NCBI GenBank assembly: GCA_033762915.1
Contig: JANRLD010000025.1
Span: 1 to 64,000, forward strand
Direction: 5' to 3'
DNA: 64,000 nucleotides
Origin: Meiothermus sp.
Lineage (GTDB): Bacteria > Deinococcota > Deinococci > Deinococcales > Thermaceae
Of this stretch, positions 57,501 through 64,000 are shown one piece after another. Both the position numbers and the translations under genes were made by a program. Under the pieces are notes generated by a model that saw only the letters and a program-made list of their open reading frames with translations, was not told the origin of the DNA and did not search any database. Within the stretch, counting starts at the first letter, position 1. Every line of letters begins with the position of its first letter.

Positions 57501-58512
57501 ACCCGGCATCGGCGGGGTGACCGTCTCGGCGGTGGGGGCCACCACCCGCACCGCCAGCACCGACGCCAGCGGCGGTTTTAGCCTGCTGATCCCCAGCGGC
57601 TTTGGCAATTTCACCCTCTCCCAGCCCCAGGGTCCTGCCACCGGCTCTAACGTCGGCGGCACCGCGGTTCAGCTGGCCGCCGGCTACAACAGCGCGGTGG
57701 CCCGTCAGCGAGCCGTAACCGCCCTACCCAACGGCTCGAGCAACTCGGGCTACAACTTCGGGGTGGTATGGGCCTCGGAGCTCCGCCCCGACCAGAGCGG
57801 CCAGGCCACCAGCCCCGGTGTCGCCGCCTATCGCCACACCTTCCGCCCCGGCACGCTCGGCAGTGCAAGCCTGACCGTCAGCGGCGCCTTCACTTACCAG
57901 ATCCGCCGCGCCGCTGGATGCACCGCCCTGGCACCCTCCGACGCCCTGCGGCCCGTGCCCCTCTCCCTGGTCGTCGACTCCACCTGGCCCCGCGACCCCG
58001 ACGGCCGCCTCAGCGCCTGCGAGCTCGAGCTGCTGGTCCTGGTCCCCGCCGGCCGGCCCGGCGGCTCCGTCGACATCGCCCAGCTTTCGGCGTCCCTAAC
58101 CTGGGCCGGCAACGCAAGCGTGACCGACCAGCGCACCGCGACCGACACCACCACCGTCGCCGCGACGGGCGCTCTGCGCTTGAGCAAGGTGGTGCGCAAC
58201 GTCACCCAGAACATTCCCGCTGCTGGCGCATATGCCACCAACGTCGCTGGCCGCCCCGGCGACACCCTCGAGTACTGCATCGCCTTCCGCAACTCCGGCG
58301 CCGCTGCCGTCAGCAGCGCCGTCCTCACTGACCCCATCCCCTTCTTCACCAACTACGCCCCGGGCACCCTCCGCCTCGACTCCGCACCGCTCACCGATAC
58401 CGCCGACGCCGACACCGGCGAGCTGGTGGGCACCCTCTACGTTCTGGTTCGCCTCGGCACCCTGACCGCAGGCCAGACCGGACAGGTCTGCTACCGCGTC
58501 ACCATCCGCTGA
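54550..58512 (+). CDS. Putative tip adhesin 2: lectin/jelly-roll-like head + SdrD-B + DUF11 stalk + C-terminal truncated DUF11
   Basis: GGAGGAG RBS, signal peptide, 'MFINAA...FYEQT...GGGGNDLAIDNLQF' head, three complete DUF11 domains; ends 'QVCYRVTIR*'. Confidence 0.82.
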   Translation: MMPKTAGGWPGLAVGLVLIALTGLSGPASAQATNFCANAGGTRSANLFALDGTFGTAPAGTQAPTLTSSTNPTPTVTPLRYAMSTVPGVTGGLDAQGRPIGTTTYALNNRSTVNFPGNYSPEDGEYEITNSSYSRQDGAWHRFIGGRNTGNERDLFMFINAAVAAGVFYEQTLTVTPNTNFEFSISIINLIANNSSIVPNVNLEIDRLGVDDNNNGTVDESGEAQTIVLTGNIPNSNTPIWRDYGGVINSGASNRITVRFRNNAPGGGGNDLAIDNLQFTSCTGLSTGNISGRVYLDQNANNTSDAGEPGYGPNVAVSLIGKDQNLNDFIVATAQTAADGSYSFVNVPAGTYTVAVPQNEPQLNQANPRNPSTTAVINSVTYVTRPSTVVGLGTSLTNQNFGFGPAPISLQKTANANSSTDAIGSVITAAAVGNTFQYTLRVTNNTGTNLSSTSLRLMDALPAGLTYVTGSLQMALVTTGSPTFSSVNDGGSYPFTEPSGRLLGRNVGTSTSSFNNGNLNSGETLIVRFRVTVASGPPPQISNQGRITYTISSVSRNVLSDDPNVAGFADPAVVVVGANLTVSKVADLASVSPGSTLRYTITLVNNGALPTTALTLQDPLPAGLTYVPNSAEAAIGSTPASFTPLNASSYPFATARTMGNNVSSGGFNNNTLAVGETLTVRFRVTVADTATGLGQATSLSNQASTVFNYTGGSPTTVPSDDPAFGGPSDPTITPVQYPDLTIQKTAAATFWQGNNSSYTLTVSNTAGSPASLGTVSVTDVLDASLNYVSAGGSGWSCAYTAATRTVACTRSDALSGGSAYPGITLTVVPTAAGPVPNTAGVANGADNNSANNTSTLSLSVQATYTLSGNVFADANANGLREGGEAGLAGVTVALGGAAARTALTDSSGNYAFTFLIPGSYTLTQTDLPGYISITPNLLGVSLGNADLGNQNFADFLGYRLSGTVFRDDGRGGGTANNALQDGGEPGIGGVTVSAVGATTRTASTDASGGFSLLIPSGFGNFTLSQPQGPATGSNVGGTAVQLAAGYNSAVARQRAVTALPNGSSNSGYNFGVVWASELRPDQSGQATSPGVAAYRHTFRPGTLGSASLTVSGAFTYQIRRAAGCTALAPSDALRPVPLSLVVDSTWPRDPDGRLSACELELLVLVPAGRPGGSVDIAQLSASLTWAGNASVTDQRTATDTTTVAATGALRLSKVVRNVTQNIPAAGAYATNVAGRPGDTLEYCIAFRNSGAAAVSSAVLTDPIPFFTNYAPGTLRLDSAPLTDTADADTGELVGTLYVLVRLGTLTAGQTGQVCYRVTIR

Positions 58513-58526
58513 GTTGCGCGACAGTG

Positions 58527-58593
58527 ACAGCGGTTCCCACCATTACCCCGCACATCCGAGTCTCTGCGTGCGGGGTATTCGTGGGACCGCTGT
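58527..58593. repeat. MITE/REP-like palindromic element, copy 3
   Basis: ACAGCGGTTCCCACCATTACCCCGCAC ... GTGCGGGGTATTCGTGGGACCGCTGT, an imperfect 26-27-bp stem just after the stop codon. Confidence 0.75.
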
Positions 58594-58781
58594 GAGTTTG
58601 CGAAACCCTCCACGCGACCTCGGCAGCGAGCAGCCTGCAGGCGCAATTCTCTATAGGCTACCGGCCGAGATTTCGCATCTCGACCATGGAGACACTTATA
58701 CACCCTCGAGCAAGACTCACAGCCCGAGACACCGGCGTTAAGGATCGGAATCCCAGCAAGCCACAAATAACCAATAATTGA

Positions 58782-58849
58782 AATGTATCCCAGTTACATT
58801 AGGCTCAATGTTTTACTTTGTAGATCAGTCACATTTTAGCTACCATAAT
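58782..58849 (+). promoter_or_regulatory. AT-rich promoter region with two TGTA-N7-YACA sites
   Basis: AATGTA-tcccagt-TACATT (58782-58800) and TTTGTA-gatcagt-CACATT (58817-58835), followed by TACCATAAT. Confidence 0.5.
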
Positions 58850-58977
58850 ACTTTGGAAACGGATTCCGTAGGCCCAAGGCTCAAGTCCAATTCGCCGGCC
58901 CGTGCTGAGGGTCGCAGAGCGCACGCACCAGCCCGGTTAGAACGGAGCCTCCGGCGCGCCAAACGGGTAGGGCATCC

Positions 58978-61900
58978 GTGATACCAAGCGACTTCTTGAA
59001 GAAGCTAGGGGTCGCCCTGTGTACCTTACTGTGTGCCCTGCTGGGCTCGGAGGCCCTCGCACTCAGCCCGGGCAGCATCACGGCCGTCATGACCACCGAC
59101 AACCTGCTCACCTCGGACTCCAACAACTGTTCCGGAGGGGCTGGGCCTCGAGCGGCCTACGTGGGCTTCCGCTTCACTAACACCTCCGGCTCCGCCCTGC
59201 GCGACGTCCGGGTCACGCTGGGCGCGTTCGCCGCCGGCTTCGGACTCAACAACGGGCAGGCCGCCACCCTGACCATCGGTAGCCTGGCGGCCGGGGCCAG
59301 CGACGTGCTGTACTGGCACATCTTCTACCCGTGCCACACCGCCTCCCCCAACAGCAACACCCTAACCCTGACCCTCAGCGACTCCAACCCCGGAACCGTG
59401 ACCATCAACACCGGCACCACCATAACCTCGACCAGTAGCCTCAGCGCCAACGCTGGCGGCCAGATCAACACCACCACCCTGGGGCCGGGAGCAGTGTTGG
59501 GCCAGGTCATCACCTACGATGTCACCTATAACTTCGGCCAAACCTCCGTCGGCGACCGCTTCAATCTCCAACCCGCAGGGAACACGTCTTACAACGCGGG
59601 CTGCTTTCAGTTGGTCAACTCGAGGATCACCTCCTCCAACGTGCCCGCCATCACGACAGGCACAGCCGATCAACTGCTATTCGTGGCAGGCGCGGGGCAG
59701 AACACCGGCGGCGGGCAGACCAACCTGGTTACCGTGCGCTACTTCATCAAGTACCTCTGCGCCAACACTTCCACCACCTCCGCACCCTACGCGTCGCAGA
59801 CCAGCGGCGGCCAGCTCAAGTACAGCGGCAACTTCGGCGGCGCCGCAACCCTGATGAACTTCCCCGGAGCGACCAACTCGGTGAGCATCTCCAAGAGCGC
59901 CGACTTCTCGGTGGTCCCCGCCGGCGCCGCCGTCACCTACACCGTCACCCTCACCAACTCCTCGGCCAGCTTCCCAACCTACGTCGACCAGATCACCGAT
60001 GTTTTGCCCAGCGGGGCCACCTTCGGCAGCATCCAGAGCAGCAGCGACGTGACCGCCGCCAACTCCAATCAAGTCCCGCAGACTGGGAGCAGCGGCACCC
60101 TGAGCTTCATCGGCCAGCCCTTCACCGTCAGCGCGGGTGGCACAGTGAGCGGGTCGTACCTGATCCCGCCAACCAGCTCGATCCGGCTGATCTACACCGT
60201 CAACCTCTCCACCACTCCCGGCACTTACGCCAACTCCGCCACCGCCACCATAGGCACCGTCACCACGCCGCCCGCCAGCATCAGCGTTCAGGTGGTGACG
60301 ATGGCCCTGACATTGACCAAGACCGCAGTGACCCGGGCCTACATTGGCGACACGGTCACCTACACCTACACCCTCACCAACACCACCACCAGCGGCGCCC
60401 CCAACCTCACCCTGTCTTCCATCACCGACCCACTGCTGGGCACCCTGAGCCCGCCCGCCAGTTGCACCACCCTGGCCCCCGGCGCCTCCTGCAGCTTCAC
60501 CCAGACCTACCCGGTGACCTCTTCCACCCCCGACCCCTTCACCACCACGGCCACCGCCACCTACACCTTCACCCCCACCGGCACCCCCAGCAGCGCCAGC
60601 GCCAGCGCCACCCACGTCCTCGACGTGCTAAAGCCCGACCTCACCATCTCCAACGTGGCTAGCGGCTCCTTCGCCCGGGGCTCCACCGGCACCTACACCC
60701 TCACCGCCACCAACCTCTCGGCCGACCCCACCACCGGCACGGTCACGGTGAGCGGCACCCTGCCCGCCGGCCTCACCCCCACCTCGGCCACCGGCACTGG
60801 CTGGAGTTGCACCATCTCCGGCCAGACCGTGACCTGCACCCGCTCCGACGCCCTATCCGGCGCGGCCTATCCGCCCATCACCGTGAACGTGAACGTAGCC
60901 CAGTCGGCGGCCACACCGCTCTCCTTCACCGCCACGGTCTCCGGTGGGGCTGACACCAACAGCACCAACAACAGCGCCACGGTGAACAGCACCATCTCCA
61001 CCGTGGCCGACCTGTCCGTGACCAAGACCGACGGAGTGAGCGTGGTGGCGGCGGGCAGCACGGTCAGCTACACCATCACAGCAGCCAACAACGGCCCTTC
61101 CAACCTCATTGGGGCGACCCTCACTGACACCCTGCCCGCCAGCCTGACCGGGGCCACCTGGACCTGCGCGGCCTCGAGCGGCTCCTCCTGCCCCGCCTCT
61201 GGGTCGGGCAACATCGTCGCCAGCCTCAGCCTACTCTCTGGCGGCACCGCCACCTTCACCCTCAACGCCACCCTCTCGGCCTCGGCCACCGGCAGCGTGG
61301 CTAACACCGCCACCGTGGCCGTACCCGGCGGGGCCACCGACCCCAACTCCTCTAACAACTCCTCCACCGACACCAACTCCATCGTCCCCGCGGTGGACCT
61401 GGCCATCACCAAGACCGCGGGCGCTTCCACGGCCGTCCCCGGCTCCACCCTGACCTACACCCTGGTGGCCCGCAATAACGGCCCCAACCCGGTCACCGGG
61501 GCCACCCTCACCGACACCCTGCCGTCCGGTGTCACCGGCGGGAGCTGGACCTGCGCGGCCTCGAGCGGCTCCTCCTGCCCCGCCTCCGGGTCGGGCAACA
61601 TCGCCGCCAACGTCAGCCTGCTCTCCGGCGGCACCGCAACCTTCAGCCTGGTGGTCACTGTCTCGCCCGCCGCCACCGGCACCCTCAGCAACACCGCCGG
61701 CATCAGCGCCCCCCTCACGGTCGCCGACACCAACCTCTCCAACAACTCCTCCACCGTCACCACCACCCTCACCCCCAGCGTCAACCTGAGCCTCAGCAAA
61801 ACCGACGGCAAGACCACCACCCTGCGCGGCGACCTCAACACCTACACCATCACCGTGAGCAACAGCGGCCCCTCCAACCTGGTCGGGGCCACCGTCACAG

Positions 61901-64000
61901 ACGCCCTGCCGTCCGGCCTGACCGGCGGGAGCTGGACCTGCACCGCCCCCAGCGGCGGCTCTTGCACCGCCTCGGGGAGCGGCAACATCTCCGACACGGT
62001 GAACATCCCGGCCGGCGGCAGCCTCACCTACAGCCTGAGCGCGACCGTGGGCGCGGGCGCGAGCGGCACCCTGAGCAACACCGTAAGCGTGTCGGTGCCC
62101 TTGAGCACCACCAATACCGGTGCCTCGAGCGCCACCGACACCACCAGCGTCCTGACCTACACCGTGACCAAGGCGGTCAGCTCGACCACCCCGGTCCTGC
62201 CGGGCACCACCCTCACCTACACCATTCAGATCACCAACACCAGCCTGGTCGCGATCAGCGGGGCCGCCTTTACCGACGCCCTGCCCGCCGGGACGGCCTA
62301 CTACCCCCTCAGCGCCAGCCTCAACGGCGGCAGCGCCTTCGGGACCACCTACCCCTTCGCCAGCGCCTACCCGGTCAACAGCGCGGGCCAGAGCAGCGGC
62401 GTCATCGCGGCGGGCGCCACCACGACGATCAGCTTCAAGGTGGTGGTGAACAGCAGCAGCCCGCCGGCCTCGGTCTCCAACCAGGGCTATTTCACCTTCA
62501 CCGGCGGGCCCTCCGGCGGTGCCCCCACCGACGACCCCACCACCCCCGCCGCCAACGACCCCACCCTGAGCACCGTGACGGCCCCCCCGGGCTACTTCAT
62601 CAACTATGAGGACGGCACGGTCGGAAGCTACAACTGCACCACCAACGTCGGCATGGACGTGGGGGGCTTGACCAGCACCGGGGCCGCCTTCGGGCGCTCC
62701 CAGGCCAACCCGCCGCTCAACGGGCTGTACCACTTGGTCAGCGACGACCTGAGCAGCGCCTCGCTCAACGCCTACACCGAGACCCCCTGGCTCCTGTTCG
62801 GCGGGGGCAACCTGATCGAGTTCAGGCACAAGATCAGCAACCTCTCCACCACAAACGCCCGGATAGTGATTTCCCTAGTCGAGGCGGGCACCGGCCTCGA
62901 GACGGTCCTGCTGACCTACACCTACGTCGCCGGGGACGCCAACGTCTCGAGGTTCGTCTCGCAGAACACCAGCGTGACCGGGGTCTACAAGGTCCGCATC
63001 CGCTTCCTGGGGACCCCAGGCTCGGGCAGCGCCAGGGGCGCGGTGGACGACATCAACACCGACGCCACCCAGGCCACCGCCGGCGTGGGAACCGCCGCCT
63101 CGCCCGCCTCCGGCTCGGCCTGTAACTACCGCCTCGACCCCCGGGTTGTGAAGACCGGCCCCGCCACCGCCACCACCACCCAGACCGTCACCTACACCAT
63201 CACCGCCACCAACGGCGGCCCCGCCACCTTCCAGGGAACCCTCACCGACGCCGTCCCCGCCGGCTTCACGGCCGTAACCTGGGTCTGCACCGCCGCCGGA
63301 GACGCCGACTGCGACACCGCCGCCGCTGGGACCGGGGCCTCCGGCTCGGGCAACAGCATCAGCCTGACGGCGGTACGCATCCGGCCGGGGTCGGGCAACT
63401 CGGTCACCCTCACCGTGACCGCCACCGCCGCCACCGCCGGGACCGTCGTCAATACCGCCCTTCTGACTCTGCCGGGCGGGGCCACCGACGACCTCAACCC
63501 CGCCGACAACACCTCCTCGGTCACCACGGTCATCTCCCTGCTGGGGGTGACGGTCTCGGGACGGGTCTACGCGGACCTCCAACCCAACGGCACGCTCGAC
63601 GGCGGCGAGGACTGGAGCAGCGGGGTCGCAGTGCGGGTCAACCTGGTCCAAGGCACGACCGTGGTGCAGAGTGTCGCGGTGGGGGCAGGGGGCGGCAACT
63701 TCTCCTTCAGCGCGGTGGTGGCAGGATCCTACCAGCTCATCGTCACCACGGGCGCGGGCGCCACAACTGCCGCCGCGCCCGCCGGCTGGATCTTCATCCA
63801 ACCCCAGTCCGGCAGCCTGAGCCTGAGCGTGGCCACGGCCGACCTGAGCGGCCAGAACCTGGGGCTCTACAACGGCTCGAGGCTCACCGGCACCGTCTTC
63901 CGCGACGACGCCCTGGGCGGGGGTACGGCTAACAACTCGCTGCAAGACGGGGGCGAGGTGGGAATGGGGGGCGTCACGGTCACCGCCAGCGACGGCACCA
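58978..64000 (+). CDS. Putative tip adhesin 3 (>1674 aa, 3'-truncated by the window, absent from the ORF track)
   Basis: Frame +1 from GTG 58978: 'IPSDFLKKLGVALCTLLCALLGSEALA' signal peptide, many DUF11 domains, and at the window end the shared module 'RLTGTVFRDD.LGGGTANNSLQDGGE.G.GGVTVTA'. Confidence 0.88.
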   Translation, partial: MIPSDFLKKLGVALCTLLCALLGSEALALSPGSITAVMTTDNLLTSDSNNCSGGAGPRAAYVGFRFTNTSGSALRDVRVTLGAFAAGFGLNNGQAATLTIGSLAAGASDVLYWHIFYPCHTASPNSNTLTLTLSDSNPGTVTINTGTTITSTSSLSANAGGQINTTTLGPGAVLGQVITYDVTYNFGQTSVGDRFNLQPAGNTSYNAGCFQLVNSRITSSNVPAITTGTADQLLFVAGAGQNTGGGQTNLVTVRYFIKYLCANTSTTSAPYASQTSGGQLKYSGNFGGAATLMNFPGATNSVSISKSADFSVVPAGAAVTYTVTLTNSSASFPTYVDQITDVLPSGATFGSIQSSSDVTAANSNQVPQTGSSGTLSFIGQPFTVSAGGTVSGSYLIPPTSSIRLIYTVNLSTTPGTYANSATATIGTVTTPPASISVQVVTMALTLTKTAVTRAYIGDTVTYTYTLTNTTTSGAPNLTLSSITDPLLGTLSPPASCTTLAPGASCSFTQTYPVTSSTPDPFTTTATATYTFTPTGTPSSASASATHVLDVLKPDLTISNVASGSFARGSTGTYTLTATNLSADPTTGTVTVSGTLPAGLTPTSATGTGWSCTISGQTVTCTRSDALSGAAYPPITVNVNVAQSAATPLSFTATVSGGADTNSTNNSATVNSTISTVADLSVTKTDGVSVVAAGSTVSYTITAANNGPSNLIGATLTDTLPASLTGATWTCAASSGSSCPASGSGNIVASLSLLSGGTATFTLNATLSASATGSVANTATVAVPGGATDPNSSNNSSTDTNSIVPAVDLAITKTAGASTAVPGSTLTYTLVARNNGPNPVTGATLTDTLPSGVTGGSWTCAASSGSSCPASGSGNIAANVSLLSGGTATFSLVVTVSPAATGTLSNTAGISAPLTVADTNLSNNSSTVTTTLTPSVNLSLSKTDGKTTTLRGDLNTYTITVSNSGPSNLVGATVTDALPSGLTGGSWTCTAPSGGSCTASGSGNISDTVNIPAGGSLTYSLSATVGAGASGTLSNTVSVSVPLSTTNTGASSATDTTSVLTYTVTKAVSSTTPVLPGTTLTYTIQITNTSLVAISGAAFTDALPAGTAYYPLSASLNGGSAFGTTYPFASAYPVNSAGQSSGVIAAGATTTISFKVVVNSSSPPASVSNQGYFTFTGGPSGGAPTDDPTTPAANDPTLSTVTAPPGYFINYEDGTVGSYNCTTNVGMDVGGLTSTGAAFGRSQANPPLNGLYHLVSDDLSSASLNAYTETPWLLFGGGNLIEFRHKISNLSTTNARIVISLVEAGTGLETVLLTYTYVAGDANVSRFVSQNTSVTGVYKVRIRFLGTPGSGSARGAVDDINTDATQATAGVGTAASPASGSACNYRLDPRVVKTGPATATTTQTVTYTITATNGGPATFQGTLTDAVPAGFTAVTWVCTAAGDADCDTAAAGTGASGSGNSISLTAVRIRPGSGNSVTLTVTATAATAGTVVNTALLTLPGGATDDLNPADNTSSVTTVISLLGVTVSGRVYADLQPNGTLDGGEDWSSGVAVRVNLVQGTTVVQSVAVGAGGGNFSFSAVVAGSYQLIVTTGAGATTAAAPAGWIFIQPQSGSLSLSVATADLSGQNLGLYNGSRLTGTVFRDDALGGGTANNSLQDGGEVGMGGVTVTASDGT

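Noticed and set aside
53220..58512. Diversity-generating retroelement (TR/VR pair) in the duplicated C-terminal modules
   Set aside because: Both copies are coding, differences are not confined to adenines, and no reverse transcriptase is present in the window.
51458..58512. T9SS, sortase or autotransporter secretion of the adhesins
   Set aside because: No T9SS CTD, LPxTG/TM tail or C-terminal barrel on these proteins; they end in a truncated DUF11 strand.

Overview
High-GC chromosomal window from a Thermaceae bacterium (Meiothermus/Calidithermus-like). The assignment rests on the pilW-pilQ-aroC-aroK-aroB synteny, the Thermus-type GdhA/GdhB pair, leaderless TANNNT-N6/7-ATG genes and very frequent CTCGAG. 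The left part (1-22.5 kb) holds competence, shikimate, c-di-GMP, ABC transport and lipid-metabolism genes. A FadR-regulated cluster for an unknown substrate spans 22.6-34.3 kb (creatininase-like, DegT aminotransferase, DUF885-like, two PanE-like reductases, AstE/AspA deacylase, family-5 SBP, class I aminotransferase, dppBC). The main result is the 25-kb locus from 39.3 kb to the window end: seven co-oriented secreted genes with DUF11 domains whose termini look like the two halves of a split DUF11 (Ig-like, Lys/Asp/Asn isopeptide-type) domain. One subunit has both an N-terminal donor hairpin and a C-terminal truncated acceptor domain (shaft). One has only the donor (base). Two complete genes, and probably a third cut by the window edge, pair a variable adhesin head with only the acceptor (interchangeable tips). 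One small acceptor lacks the reactive residues (chaperone-like). A 1968-aa protein ends in an outer-membrane beta-barrel (usher/anchor-like). I infer a head-to-tail, strand-complemented and possibly self-crosslinking pilus system. This comes from motif reading only, and I cannot confirm from the sequence alone that it is unpublished. A dispersed AGCGGTTCCCAC-ended palindromic repeat family (3 loci) is also present. No rRNA, tRNA, CRISPR array or transposase was recognised.
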